From Escherichia coli (GTDB lineage: Bacteria; Pseudomonadota; Gammaproteobacteria; Enterobacterales; Enterobacteriaceae), in assembly GCF_050920415.1 (NCBI RefSeq), contig NZ_CP169309.1: DNA of 64,000 nt; one strand, given 5' to 3'. Under the pieces are notes generated by a model. That model ran no database searches. It saw only the letters and a program-made list of their open reading frames with translations, and was not told where the DNA came from. Of the stretch, positions 37,347-48,470 are shown piece after piece (position 1 is the stretch's first letter; each line of letters begins with the position of its first letter). The position numbers and the translations under genes are program-made.

Positions 37347-37448
37347 CTGATTCTCTTAATACGGATAAATTGCAGCGCGCATTATGACAAATATTACTTG
37401 TCGATGCAGTAAAGATGCGGGCGCGATGAGTTCACGCCCGGCAGGAGA

Positions 37449-37856
37449 TTAGTTGCCCAGACCGCGACCGGCGTCTTTCTCTTCGATTAATTCAATTTTG
37501 TAACCGTCCGGATCTTCCACAAACGCGATAACCGTAGTGCCGCCTTTTACCGGACCCGCTTCACGGGTGACGTTACCGCCGTTCTGACGGATTTTTTCGC
37601 ACGCTTCAGCGGCGTTATCTACGCTAAGCGCGATGTGACCATAAGCAGTGCCGAGTTCGTATTTATCCACGCCCCAGTTGTAGGTCAGTTCAATCACCGC
37701 TTCTTCGGTTTCCGGGCCATAGCCAACAAACGCCAGTGAGTATTTGTATTCCGGGTTTTCGCTGGTACGCAGCAGTTTCATGCCCAGTACTTTGGTATAA
37801 AAATCGATGGAGCGTTGCAGATCGCCAACGCGCAGCATGGTATGAAGAAGACGCAT
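37449..37856 (-). CDS. gloA: glyoxalase I
   Basis: 135 aa; recognised GloA sequence. Confidence 0.95.
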
Positions 37857-37936
37857 CTTTATATCCTCAAAATGGCTAACAGATTCAAAATGTTGTTTTA
37901 GTATAGCGGCGGCTTTGCGCCGCTCGCAATGCTGGA

Positions 37937-39034
37937 TTACAGCGTCGGGTAATCGGTATAGCCTTCCGCGCCGCCACCGTAGAAACTTTCGGCACGCTGT
38001 GGGTTAAGCTCAGCTTTGCGCTGCAAGCGGGCAACCAGATCCGGGTTCGCAATCCAGTCACGACCAAATGCCACCGCATCAATTAACCCTTTGCCGATCA
38101 GCGTTTCAGCTTTTTCTACCGTGTATGCCCCTGCGCCGATAATCGGACCGTGGAAACGGGCACGTACTTTTTCGCGGAACGCATCAGTATACGGTTCACC
38201 TCCCGCCCAATCTGGTTCTGACATATGCAGATAAGCAATGCCGCGTTTGCCCAGTTGTTCAATCAGATACAGTGCATCGGCTTCTTCATTTGGGCCATTA
38301 TCCGTGTTCTGGAAAGTACCGATTGGCGAAACACGAATGCCAATGCGATCGGCACCCCATTCTTCAATCCCGGCATCGACCACTTCCAGCACCAGACGTG
38401 CGCGATTTTCCACGCTGCCGCCGTACTGATCGGTACGATGGTTTGAAGAAGGAGAAAGGAACTGATGCAGTAAATAACCGTGAGCAGAGTGTAGCTCCAC
38501 CAGATCAAACCCAGCTTCACGGGCGTTAGCGATGGCCTGGCGGAAATCATTGACGATGCCCGGAATCTCTTCCCGTTCCAGTGCTCGTGGCATGGATGTT
38601 TCAACGCGGATCGCCTGACCTTTTTCATCGCGCAGAGAAGTACGCGTTCCCGCGCTAAGTGCAGAAGGCGCTACCGGTGCCTGACCGCCAGGCTGCAGGC
38701 TGGCGTGAGAAATTCGCCCCGTGTGCCACAGCTGCACGGCCATATGACCATTTTCAGCATGAACGCCAGCGGTGATTTTTTTCCATGCGGCAATTTGCTC
38801 CGGACTATGGATGCCAGGCGCGCCTGCATATCCTTTTGCCTGGGCGGAAATTTGCGTGGCTTCGCTAATAATCAAACCGGCACTGGCTCGTTGGCGATAG
38901 TATTCCGCCATCAACGGGGTAGGGATGTCACCCGGTTCAATACTGCGCAGACGCGTCAGCGGTGCCATAAAAATACGGTTTGCCGCCGTGATCGCGCCCA
39001 CTTTCAGTGGGGAATACAGTTTTTCAGATGACAT
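37937..39034 (-). CDS. nemA: N-ethylmaleimide reductase (old yellow enzyme family)
   Basis: 365 aa; recognised NemA sequence. Confidence 0.95.
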
Positions 39035-39070
39035 AAAGGCTCCCGGTGGTCTGGTGATAAAAAATGCCTG

Positions 39071-39670
39071 CTAAACGGCAGGCGTCGCAATAATGGTTTT
39101 TACATGGGCCAGCGCGTTTTCCAGTGGCTCGAAACTGCGCGAAATTTTGGCCTGCAAATTCGCGCCAAGCCACAGTGCGTAAAGCACTTGTGCCTGTTGC
39201 AGCGGTTCGCCACAAAAGGTTAAACAATGGTTCTCACGGCCATTTTCCAGCGCCTGAGAGAGCAGGGCGATTACGCCGCGAGCCCCTTTATCCATCGCGC
39301 TGCGCATATCTTCTGACAGATCGCACACTTCGGCAGAGAGTTTTACTGTCAGGCAACCACTGATGGTTCCATGTTGGCAAAACTGGTTCAGTGTTTGCTG
39401 GTAATAAGCCAGTATGCGGTCGCGGTAGTTACCTTCGCCGGATTGCAGCAACTCCGTCAGTCGCTGGTGATATGCGGCGTAATGGCGCTCAAGCATGGCA
39501 ACGCCAAACGCTTCTTTAGAGCGAAAGTAGTGATAGAAGGACCCTTTCGGCACTTCAGCCGTTTTTAGTAATTCGCTTAGCCCCATCCCGGTGAATCCAC
39601 GTTGCAGGCAAAGTTGCTCGCCCGTCGCCAGGAGATGTTCGCGAGTATCATGTTCGGTGTGTTTGTTCAT
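39071..39670 (-). CDS. nemR: TetR-family electrophile-sensing repressor NemR
   Basis: 199 aa; N-terminal HTH. Confidence 0.93.
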   Translation of the reverse strand: MNKHTEHDTREHLLATGEQLCLQRGFTGMGLSELLKTAEVPKGSFYHYFRSKEAFGVAMLERHYAAYHQRLTELLQSGEGNYRDRILAYYQQTLNQFCQHGTISGCLTVKLSAEVCDLSEDMRSAMDKGARGVIALLSQALENGRENHCLTFCGEPLQQAQVLYALWLGANLQAKISRSFEPLENALAHVKTIIATPAV

Positions 39671-39684
39671 GTGTTGGAGTGTAG

Positions 39685-39700
39685 TAGACCAGTCGGTCTA
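39685..39700. promoter_or_regulatory. NemR-box-like palindrome TAGACC-agtc-GGTCTA
   Basis: Perfect inverted repeat 15 bp upstream of the nemR start codon. Confidence 0.55.
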
Positions 39701-39772
39701 GTGCAAGCAAAGTTGCTACTTTGGGCATTAACAGCTTCAATAATGGTAATAATCTTATCTGAGGAGGGCGAG

Positions 39773-40012
39773 GTGGCGGAGCAATTAGAGTTCTTTCCCG
39801 TCCAGAGCCCGTGCCGGGGAATTTGCCAGTCTGACGAACGCGGATTTTGTCGCGGCTGTTTTCGTAGTCGGGATGAGCGTTTTAACTGGAATAAAATGAG
39901 CGATGGCGAAAAACAAGAGGTGCTGCGCCTTTGTCGGCAGCGATTAATGCGCAAATTACGTGCAATTAAGCCAGCGTCATCAGACGAACCGGAGCAACCA
40001 TCACTCTTTTGA
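39773..40012 (+). CDS. ydhL: DUF1289-family small Cys-rich protein YdhL
   Basis: 79 aa from a GTG start at 39773 with SD gaggaggg; the ORF track's 136-aa form runs upstream through nemR. Confidence 0.7.
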   Translation: MAEQLEFFPVQSPCRGICQSDERGFCRGCFRSRDERFNWNKMSDGEKQEVLRLCRQRLMRKLRAIKPASSDEPEQPSLF

Positions 40013-40060
40013 GCCTAATCTTGCGTATACTCCTCTCATATCTGATAAGAGGAAGCGATT

Positions 40061-40957
40061 ATGGTTCAGCGTATTACTATTGCGCCGCAAGGCCCGGAGT
40101 TTTCCCGTTTTGTGATGGGCTACTGGCGATTGATGGACTGGAATATGTCCGCCCGCCAGCTGGTCAGCTTTATTGAAGAGCATCTGGATCTCGGCGTAAC
40201 TACCGTGGACCACGCTGATATTTATGGCGGCTATCAGTGCGAAGCAGCGTTTGGCGAGGCGCTGAAACTGGCACCTCATCTGCGTGAACGGATGGAAATT
40301 GTCAGCAAATGCGGTATCGCGACGACCGCGCGTGAAGAAAACGTCATTGGTCATTACATTACTGACCGCGATCACATCATTAAGAGCGCCGAACAGTCGC
40401 TGATTAATCTCGCGACCGATCATCTGGATCTGCTGTTGATCCACCGCCCGGACCCGTTAATGGATGCCGATGAAGTGGCGGACGCGTTTAAACACCTGCA
40501 TCAGAGCGGCAAAGTGCGCCATTTTGGCGTATCGAACTTTACGCCTGCGCAATTTGCGCTGTTGCAATCACGCCTGCCGTTTACCCTTGCCACTAATCAG
40601 GTGGAAATATCCCCGGTGCATCAGCCGTTACTGCTGGATGGCACGCTCGACCAACTGCAGCAACTGCGTGTTCGTCCGATGGCGTGGTCTTGCCTTGGTG
40701 GTGGTCGTCTGTTTAATGATGATTATTTCCAGCCTCTGCGTGATGAACTGGCTGTGGTGGCGGAGGAGTTAAACGCGGGCTCTATTGAACAGGTGGTTTA
40801 CGCCTGGGTTTTACGTTTACCGTCGCAGCCGCTGCCGATAATCGGCTCCGGTAAAATTGAGCGCGTGCGAGCAGCTGTTGAAGCAGAAACCCTGAAAATG
40901 ACTCGCCAACAATGGTTCCGTATCCGTAAAGCGGCACTGGGTTACGACGTACCGTAA
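40061..40957 (+). CDS. ydhF: aldo/keto reductase-family oxidoreductase YdhF
   Basis: 298 aa; recognised YdhF sequence. Confidence 0.9.
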   Translation: MVQRITIAPQGPEFSRFVMGYWRLMDWNMSARQLVSFIEEHLDLGVTTVDHADIYGGYQCEAAFGEALKLAPHLRERMEIVSKCGIATTAREENVIGHYITDRDHIIKSAEQSLINLATDHLDLLLIHRPDPLMDADEVADAFKHLHQSGKVRHFGVSNFTPAQFALLQSRLPFTLATNQVEISPVHQPLLLDGTLDQLQQLRVRPMAWSCLGGGRLFNDDYFQPLRDELAVVAEELNAGSIEQVVYAWVLRLPSQPLPIIGSGKIERVRAAVEAETLKMTRQQWFRIRKAALGYDVP

Positions 40958-41037
40958 GCACTTTTAGGAATAGCCGCCGTTCAAAAAAGTGTCACTGGTT
41001 TACACTTATTCAGGAATGCACAATGAACGGAGGTCCT

Positions 41038-41559
41038 ATGAAACGTTTTAGTCTGGCTATTCTGGCGCTGGTTGTTGCTACCGGCGCGCAAGCTGCCAGT
41101 GAAAAAGTCGAGATGAACCTCGTCACGTCGCAAGGGGTTGGGCAGTCAATTGGTAGCGTCACCATTACTGAAACCGATAAAGGTCTGGAGTTTTCGCCCG
41201 ATCTGAAAGCATTACCCCCCGGTGAACATGGCTTCCATATTCATGCCAAAGGAAGCTGCCAGCCAGCTACCAAAGATGGCAAAGCCACAGCGGCGGAATC
41301 CGCAGGCGGGCATCTTGATCCACAAAATACCGGTAAACATGAAGGGCCAGAAGGTGCTGGGCACTTAGGCGATCTGCCTGCGCTGGTTGTCAATAATGAC
41401 GGGAAAGCTACCGATGCCGTCATCGCGCCTCGTCTGAAATCACTGGATCAAGTCAAAGATAAAGCGCTGATGATCCACGTTGGTGGCGATAATATGTCCG
41501 ATCAACCTAAACCGCTGGGCGGTGGCGGTGAACGCTATGCCTGCGGTGTAATTAAGTAA
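41038..41559 (+). CDS. sodC: periplasmic Cu/Zn superoxide dismutase
   Basis: 173 aa from ATG at 41038 with SD ggaggt; signal peptide; His-rich metal ligands. Confidence 0.93.
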   Translation: MKRFSLAILALVVATGAQAASEKVEMNLVTSQGVGQSIGSVTITETDKGLEFSPDLKALPPGEHGFHIHAKGSCQPATKDGKATAAESAGGHLDPQNTGKHEGPEGAGHLGDLPALVVNNDGKATDAVIAPRLKSLDQVKDKALMIHVGGDNMSDQPKPLGGGGERYACGVIK

Positions 41560-43572
41560 TTAAGAGGCCAGCGTACCTTGCGGCGGTGCTTGCTCAAGTT
41601 GCGAAAGCGAGCAGTACAGCCGCCAGACAATTGCCGCCAGGTCCTGGGCGGCAGGTTGATGATGACGGGCAAGGCTGTCGCAAATCCGCTGTAATTCTGC
41701 AAGTGTGGCCGCCAGTGATTTTTGCTGAACGCCACGCTCACTCATCACTCCACGTAACAATGAAATACAGTTATCCCGTACTCGCGATAACGGATCGGAA
41801 CGCGATTCCCATTCGCGCAATTGCCAGACAACATGAGAACAGTTCAACAACACCACCCCCCAGCGTAATAACCAACGGCGAGCCAGCGCATCCTGGCTGT
41901 TACTTAACTGACTGACGTGATGATAAGTGAGTGATTCAAAATCGCTTTCACTCAGTGTTGGATGGCGGCTTAGTTGGTCGACAAAATCCCGGCGCAGTGC
42001 GCGAATATGACGACGGCTTTTACGAGCATCCGACCCAGGTCGCAGAATGGCGAACGCTAGCCACGCCAGCGCTACGCCAACAATTTTTGCCAGATTATCA
42101 TTAAGAAAATCAGCGAAATCATACACCGGAGGATTAGTGACAGCGATAAACGACCCCATAAATACAATCAGTTGTCCCCAAAGCGCGGCAAATTTGGGCA
42201 TCTGCAATTTAAGAAGCTGCATTGTCGCCAGTAGTGGGAAGAGAAACAGTAAAAATTGCCACAGATCGCTAATCTGAACCATCAGGCCAAATTTGACCGC
42301 AAAGCTAAATAGCGAAAGTAACACTAGCGTGCGCATTAGCAGTGACAAGGACTTAAACGGTGCCGCGACGGCGGAGTAGAGTACGCAGCTAATTGCGGCC
42401 AGCGTTAATGCATTGGCACCGGCATCCCATTGTGAAGCGATACTCCATGCGCCAATTATCATCAATGTACAAAATGTTCGTAGTCCGCTCCACATAGCTT
42501 CGGCGTTATCGGTATGACGTGCCAGGCCGGATGTCCGTGGGAGTTTGGCATGATCATCTACGCCGCTTTGCAGACGATGTAATTCCTGACTGCTTTGCAG
42601 ATAAAGATGGCAAAAATAGCGTAGTCGCTGCCAGAAGGCGACGTGCCGGTAGTCGGCGACGTTGGTCGGGCGTAGCGGGGCAATAATACGTGCGACGGTG
42701 TAAACATCTGTTTGCGAACTGGCGAGCGCCGTCAGCAACTGTTCGAGAATTTCTCGTGTGGCACCTGGCGGTGAGGGCCAGTTGAGCAACATACGTCGCA
42801 GGCTGGAAATGACGCTGGTCATACGTAATTGCTGGTGGAGCAGCGCATTAAGGCGCGCGTTTTGCTGGCGAAAACGATAGTGGCTCCAGAAAGCCTGGAT
42901 ACGCAGCAAATTCATGGTCAGTATCTGCCCAATCACCCCCTCATGTGCTGCACGAATGGCATCGGTTGTTTCAGGCTGCCAGAGTAAACTGGCATGTTCC
43001 AGCAATCGGGCGTGCATGTTTTTCAATGCGGTTAAAAGGGCTGTAGCATCGGAACTGCTCGGCAGGATCATCATCATCATGCCGCCGCACAAAATACCGA
43101 CAATCACCTCGCAAACGCGCGCCTGAGCGATATCCCACAGCTGGCTGGCCTCAGTAATATTAACCATCGGAAAGGCGATGATGGCAGCCGTGTAGCCCGC
43201 CAGTTGAAATGCATACGCGACGTTATTCGTGAAGTGCGCACAGGCCCAGGTACAAAAGCCAATCCATGCTGACATACTCAATAGAAAAAACCACGGCTCG
43301 TTGAGCGTATGTCCGGCAAGAAGCAATGCCGCGATGGCTCCCAGCAAACTACCCGCGATGCGTCCGAGGCTTTTGCTGATCACACCGCCAACGGTGGGAA
43401 AGCTAACCACGGCAGCCGAGGTCATCGCCCAATAGGGCTCATCAAGATTCAAATAATAGGCAATCGTCAGCGCCAGACACATGGCAATGGTATTGCGTAA
43501 CGCATAACGCCATTGCGCCAGCGTGGCCCTGAACCAGGGCAAATTGCGCAAGGACCATGACGATGCACTCAT
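41560..43572 (-). CDS. ydhK: FUSC-family (AaeB-like) membrane protein YdhK
   Basis: 670 aa; polytopic. Confidence 0.88.
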   Translation of the reverse strand: MSASSWSLRNLPWFRATLAQWRYALRNTIAMCLALTIAYYLNLDEPYWAMTSAAVVSFPTVGGVISKSLGRIAGSLLGAIAALLLAGHTLNEPWFFLLSMSAWIGFCTWACAHFTNNVAYAFQLAGYTAAIIAFPMVNITEASQLWDIAQARVCEVIVGILCGGMMMMILPSSSDATALLTALKNMHARLLEHASLLWQPETTDAIRAAHEGVIGQILTMNLLRIQAFWSHYRFRQQNARLNALLHQQLRMTSVISSLRRMLLNWPSPPGATREILEQLLTALASSQTDVYTVARIIAPLRPTNVADYRHVAFWQRLRYFCHLYLQSSQELHRLQSGVDDHAKLPRTSGLARHTDNAEAMWSGLRTFCTLMIIGAWSIASQWDAGANALTLAAISCVLYSAVAAPFKSLSLLMRTLVLLSLFSFAVKFGLMVQISDLWQFLLFLFPLLATMQLLKLQMPKFAALWGQLIVFMGSFIAVTNPPVYDFADFLNDNLAKIVGVALAWLAFAILRPGSDARKSRRHIRALRRDFVDQLSRHPTLSESDFESLTYHHVSQLSNSQDALARRWLLRWGVVLLNCSHVVWQLREWESRSDPLSRVRDNCISLLRGVMSERGVQQKSLAATLAELQRICDSLARHHQPAAQDLAAIVWRLYCSLSQLEQAPPQGTLAS

Positions 43573-44429
43573 TATTGACCTACGGCAATGCTACAGGTGG
43601 TGCCCGACACCAGCGTGACATCGCCTGGGACTTTATCCAGCGCAAAGCGGACCGGAACACGTTGGGCGAGGCGAACCCAGGGGACGTTAGGTTTCACATC
43701 CGGAATAAGGCTTGAGTCACTTTCAACGCTCTGATCATAAATCGCCCGACCGATACTGGAAACGTGACCCTGTAACGTTTTGTTATCACTATAGAGGGTA
43801 ATTTGTGCTGGTGCACCTTCGCGGATATGGCGCAACTTGGTTTCTTCAAAATAACCAATGACGTAAAACGAGTGGCTATCGACAAGAGCAAACAGCGGTT
43901 TCCCGGTGTCAGCGTAATCGCCGATGCGGGTAGTAAGATTAGTCACCCATCCGCTCACCGGGGCGCGAATTTCCGTTTGCGCCAGTTGCCATTGTGCCTG
44001 TTTCAACGTCGCCTGTGCGGCATCAACACTGGCCTGCATCGCTTTAACATTGAGGTTAGCGGTATCGAGTTCTTCGGCAGAAATAAAATTTTGTGAGAGA
44101 TGACGACGACGATTCGCTTCGTTATTGGCTTTTGCGAGGTCAGATTGCGCTTTCGCCAGCTGAGCCTGTGCGTTCAGCTCGGCGATCTGAAAGGGCGTTT
44201 TATCGATCGTGAGCAGAAGATCCCCCGCGTTAACCAGCTGGTTGTCTTTTATATTCAGCTCAACAATACGTCCCGACACCTGTGGGGTGATAGAAACCTG
44301 TTCTGCGCGTATTTTCCCGTCGCGTGTCCACGGAGATTGCATGTAATAATTCCACAGCCACCATCCGGCAAGAACCGCAACTACCGCTACAATGATTGTT
44401 GAGAAATACTTAATTGTTTTAATTGACAT
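43572..44429 (-). CDS. ydhJ: HlyD-family membrane fusion protein YdhJ
   Basis: 285 aa from ATG at 44429 (MSIKTIKYF...); single N-terminal transmembrane segment plus coiled coil. Confidence 0.88.
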   Translation of the reverse strand: MSIKTIKYFSTIIVAVVAVLAGWWLWNYYMQSPWTRDGKIRAEQVSITPQVSGRIVELNIKDNQLVNAGDLLLTIDKTPFQIAELNAQAQLAKAQSDLAKANNEANRRRHLSQNFISAEELDTANLNVKAMQASVDAAQATLKQAQWQLAQTEIRAPVSGWVTNLTTRIGDYADTGKPLFALVDSHSFYVIGYFEETKLRHIREGAPAQITLYSDNKTLQGHVSSIGRAIYDQSVESDSSLIPDVKPNVPWVRLAQRVPVRFALDKVPGDVTLVSGTTCSIAVGQ

Positions 44430-44431
44430 AG

Positions 44432-44668
44432 TTACCACGCAATCAGTATTGCCAGGGAAAGGCAAACGCAAATCGCAAACAGCGATAAATCCATTAACAA
44501 GGGATGCCAGATGTCACCGGCGTAGATCCAGCCACGAAGCAGGCGGTGTACGACAAGCCAGATGACGAATCCAAACGCGAAGGCTTTGAAAAACGGAGGA
44601 AAGTAGACGGACGCACCGAACACCAGATCTTGTAAGGGCAATCCTGTTGCATTGAGCATAAACTTCAC
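44432..44668 (-). CDS. ydhI: small membrane protein YdhI (DUF1656, AaeX-like)
   Basis: 78 aa; two hydrophobic segments. Confidence 0.85.
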   Translation of the reverse strand: MKFMLNATGLPLQDLVFGASVYFPPFFKAFAFGFVIWLVVHRLLRGWIYAGDIWHPLLMDLSLFAICVCLSLAILIAW

Positions 44669-44840
44669 AAAGTAGATTCCTTTACGACCGAATATATTGC
44701 GTTAGATTAATAAATATTCTTTAAGTGCGAAAAATTTACGCGCAATTTCTGAAAAGTATGTCTGACGGTAACCAAATGCAGCAATACATTTGTTTTAGCA
44801 ATACAATTGCTGCACACTATTCTAAAAGCCGCATAATATC

Positions 44841-44852
44841 TTAGCAAGCTAA
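44841..44852. promoter_or_regulatory. SlyA-binding palindrome TTAGCAAGCTAA
   Basis: Exact match to the reported SlyA consensus, about 10 bp upstream of slyA, in the slyA-ydhI divergent region. Confidence 0.6.
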
Positions 44853-44862
44853 TTATAAGGAG

Positions 44863-45303
44863 ATGAAATTGGAATCGCCACTAGGTTCTGATCTGGCACG
44901 GTTGGTGCGCATATGGCGTGCTCTGATAGACCATCGCCTGAAACCGCTGGAGTTAACACAAACCCATTGGGTCACGTTACACAATATCCATCAGTTACCT
45001 CCAGACCAGTCGCAAATTCAACTGGCAAAAGCGATTGGCATCGAGCAGCCATCACTGGTCCGTACTCTGGACCAACTGGAAGAAAAAGGGTTAATTTCGC
45101 GTCAAACTTGTGCCAGCGATCGTCGGGCTAAACGTATTAAACTGACGGAAAAGGCAGAGCCGCTGATCAGCGAAATGGAAGCTGTTATTAACAAAACCCG
45201 CGCGGAAATTTTACATGGCATCTCCGCAGAGGAACTGGAACAACTGATTAAGCTCATCGCAAAACTTGAGCATAATATCATTGAGTTACAGGCCAAAGGG
45301 TGA
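44863..45303 (+). CDS. slyA: MarR-family transcriptional regulator SlyA
   Basis: 146-aa ORF from ATG at 44863; the annotated start may instead be the TTG at 44869 (144 aa). Confidence 0.9.
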
Positions 45304-45314
45304 AATAAAGGGGG

Positions 45315-45340
45315 CGTGTGGTCAGTAACCTGACCACACG
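45315..45340. terminator. hairpin between convergent slyA and slyB
   Basis: 11-bp stem cgtgtggtcag-taac-ctgaccacacg. Confidence 0.5.
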
Positions 45341-45349
45341 CAAACTTAT

Positions 45350-45817
45350 TTAGCGCGGGGAAACGGTCACCTGACTGCCATTGCTGGCCAGTACGACACG
45401 TTGGCCCGGAGAGAAACGAGTGTTGCCTTGTTTCTGTACCACCATGATGGTATTACCATCGTCTTTACGAATTTCCAGCTCGACACCCTGCGTTTTGTTC
45501 ATTGCACTCTGTACGCCCTGACCGGCTACGCCACCTGCAACAGCGCCTGCTGCAGTAGCCAGAGAACGCCCGGTTCCGCCACCAACAGTATTCCCCAGGA
45601 AACCACCAAGAACAGCACCGCCAATTGCGCCGATAACGTTGGAATCATCACCGCCCTGAATCTGTACCGGACGTACGTTAACGATGGTGCCATAGCTGAC
45701 ATTCTGTACTTGTTTCGCTTCAGAAGCGGTATAAACATCCCCTGACAGGGTGTCGTTATTAACACAACCGACAAGAGACAGACCTACCATTGAAACAACC
45801 AATACGCGTTTAATCAT
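45350..45817 (-). CDS. slyB: outer membrane lipoprotein SlyB
   Basis: 155 aa; lipobox LVGC; Gly-rich. Confidence 0.93.
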   Translation of the reverse strand: MIKRVLVVSMVGLSLVGCVNNDTLSGDVYTASEAKQVQNVSYGTIVNVRPVQIQGGDDSNVIGAIGGAVLGGFLGNTVGGGTGRSLATAAGAVAGGVAGQGVQSAMNKTQGVELEIRKDDGNTIMVVQKQGNTRFSPGQRVVLASNGSQVTVSPR

Positions 45818-46090
45818 TGAAAAATCTCCTGTTCACCATGAAACGCCACGCAAGCATCCCTCATGGTCAAAGTATATGGCATATGTGAATCCATGGTTAC
45901 ATGTTCTACCAAATATGAGCAAATCATAATGAAAGTAGGATCAACCAATTATAAACAAAACATTCATGATGATTATTGATTTGAAGATAATGTTTTACTA
46001 CCAACGGTAAAAATCGGTCATTCCGCATGGTATTCACGAAAAGTTTATGTTTGAGTGGTGCGCAAACGTCAGATTGAAAAAGGATGAACT

Positions 46091-47200
46091 ATGAAATCGG
46101 GCCGCTTTATTGGCGTTATGTCAGGCACCAGCCTTGATGGTGTTGATGTTGTGTTGGCGACAATTGATGAACACCGGGTCGCACAGCTGGCAAGTTTGAG
46201 CTGGCCGATCCCGGTGTCTCTGAAACAGGCTGTACTGGATATTTGCCAGGGCCAGCAGCTTACACTTTCGCAGTTTGGACAGCTTGATACTCAACTCGGG
46301 CGACTTTTTGCTGATGCGATCAATGCCTTGCTTAAGGAACAAAACCTGCAGGCGAAAGATATCGTTGCGATCGGCTGTCACGGTCAAACCGTCTGGCATG
46401 AACCGACGGGCGTGGCACCACACACTTTACAGATTGGCGATAACAATCAAATTGTGGCACGCACCGGAATTACGGTTGTCGGTGATTTTCGCCGTCGAGA
46501 TATTGCCTTGGGAGGACAAGGCGCACCGCTGGTACCTGCGTTCCATCATGCGCTGCTGGCTCATCCAACCGAGCGACGAATGGTGCTCAATATTGGTGGC
46601 ATCGCCAATCTGTCACTGCTCATTCCTGGGCAGCCGGTAGGGGGCTACGATACCGGCCCTGGTAACATGCTGATGGATGCCTGGATCTGGCGTCAGGCAG
46701 GTAAACCTTACGATAAAGATGCCGAGTGGGCACGGGCGGGTAAAGTCATTCTCCCACTGCTGCAAAATATGCTCAGCGACCCGTATTTCTCGCAACCTGC
46801 ACCGAAAAGCACCGGACGCGAATACTTTAACTACGGCTGGCTGGAGCGCCATTTGCGCCATTTTCCGGGTGTTGATCCCCGTGATGTACAGGCGACACTG
46901 GCAGAACTCACCGCCGTGACCATTTCTGAACAAGTTTTGTTGAGCGGTGGCTGCGAACGATTGATGGTATGTGGTGGAGGAAGTCGTAATCCGCTACTCA
47001 TGGCGCGTCTGGCGGCATTACTGCCAGGCACAGAAGTCACCACCACCGATGCCGTTGGCATTAGTGGCGATGACATGGAAGCATTGGCTTTCGCCTGGCT
47101 TGCCTGGCGGACGCTGGCGGGATTACCAGGAAATCTGCCTTCCGTCACTGGCGCAAGCCAGGAGACGGTACTCGGGGCTATTTTCCCCGCTAACCCATGA
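46091..47200 (+). CDS. anmK: anhydro-N-acetylmuramic acid kinase
   Basis: 369 aa; recognised AnmK sequence. Confidence 0.93.
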   Translation: MKSGRFIGVMSGTSLDGVDVVLATIDEHRVAQLASLSWPIPVSLKQAVLDICQGQQLTLSQFGQLDTQLGRLFADAINALLKEQNLQAKDIVAIGCHGQTVWHEPTGVAPHTLQIGDNNQIVARTGITVVGDFRRRDIALGGQGAPLVPAFHHALLAHPTERRMVLNIGGIANLSLLIPGQPVGGYDTGPGNMLMDAWIWRQAGKPYDKDAEWARAGKVILPLLQNMLSDPYFSQPAPKSTGREYFNYGWLERHLRHFPGVDPRDVQATLAELTAVTISEQVLLSGGCERLMVCGGGSRNPLLMARLAALLPGTEVTTTDAVGISGDDMEALAFAWLAWRTLAGLPGNLPSVTGASQETVLGAIFPANP

Positions 47201-47297
47201 TATCAGAGTTAACTGAATTTTTCTTACCGCGTCTGCCGTTACACTTGGAACGTTAGGGAGGGCGTATTGCCCTCCAGACCAGGAAAGTCTTCGGGAT

Positions 47298-47627
47298 ATG
47301 TCTATGAAAAAACTGTTACTGATCTGTTTGCCGGTCCTTCTCACCGGCTGTAGCGCGTTCAATCAACTGGTTGAGCGCATGCAAACCGATACGCTGGAAT
47401 ACCAGTGTGATGAAAAACCGTTGACGGTCAAACTGAATAATCCGCGCCAGGAAGTCAGTTTTGTTTACGATAATCAACTACTGCATCTCAAACAGGGCAT
47501 TTCTGCGTCTGGTGCACGTTACACCGACGGGATCTATGTTTTCTGGTCGAAAGGCGAGGAAGCGACTGTCTATAAACGCGATCGCATCGTCTTGAATAAC
47601 TGTCAGTTACAAAATCCACAGCGTTGA
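47298..47627 (+). CDS. mliC: membrane-bound lysozyme inhibitor of C-type lysozyme (MliC/YdhA)
   Basis: 109 aa; lipoprotein signal LLTGCSA. Confidence 0.9.
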   Translation: MSMKKLLLICLPVLLTGCSAFNQLVERMQTDTLEYQCDEKPLTVKLNNPRQEVSFVYDNQLLHLKQGISASGARYTDGIYVFWSKGEEATVYKRDRIVLNNCQLQNPQR

Positions 47628-47685
47628 GATTTTTCCAGGGGCGGCGCACAATAGCGTCACCCACTGACAATCCGTAAAGAAAACC

Positions 47686-48342
47686 ATGTCTGATAACGAC
47701 GAATTGCAGCAAATCGCGCATCTGCGCCGTGAATACACCAAAGGCGGATTACGCCGCCGCGATCTTCCCGCCGCTCCATTAACCCTTTTTGAACGCTGGC
47801 TCTCTCAGGCGTGTGAAGCCAAACTGGCGGACCCTACCGCGATGGTGGTCGCTACCGTGGATGAACATGGTCAGCCTTATCAGCGCATCGTTTTACTCAA
47901 ACATTACGACGAAAAAGGCATGGTGTTTTACACCAACCTCGGCAGCCGTAAAGCACATCAAATCGAAAATAATCCGCGCGTTAGCCTGCTGTTCCCGTGG
48001 CATACCCTTGAGCGCCAGGTGATGGTGATCGGTAAAGCGGAACGACTTTCGACTCTCGAAGTGATGAAATATTTTCATAGTCGCCCCCGTGATAGCCAGA
48101 TTGGTGCATGGGTTTCGAAGCAGTCCAGTCGCATTTCTGCCCGCGGTATCCTTGAAAGTAAATTCCTGGAGCTGAAGCAGAAGTTTCAACAGGGCGAAGT
48201 GCCATTGCCGAGTTTTTGGGGCGGTTTTCGCGTCAGCCTTGAACAGATTGAGTTCTGGCAGGGCGGTGAGCATCGCCTGCATGACCGCTTTTTGTACCAG
48301 CGTGAAAATGATGCGTGGAAGATTGATCGTCTTGCCCCCTGA
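47686..48342 (+). CDS. pdxH: pyridoxine/pyridoxamine 5'-phosphate oxidase
   Basis: 218 aa; recognised PdxH sequence. Confidence 0.95.
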
Positions 48343-48470
48343 AAAGATGCAAAAATCTTGCTTTAATCGCTGGTACTCCTGATTCTGGCACTTTATTCTA
48401 TGTCTCTTTCGCATCTGGCGAAAAGTCGTGTACCGGCAAAGGTGCAGTCGTTATATACATGGAGATTTTG

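Noticed and set aside
45818-46090. PhoP box upstream of slyB
   Set aside because: slyB is a known PhoP target, but I could not find a convincing (T/G)GTTTA direct repeat by eye
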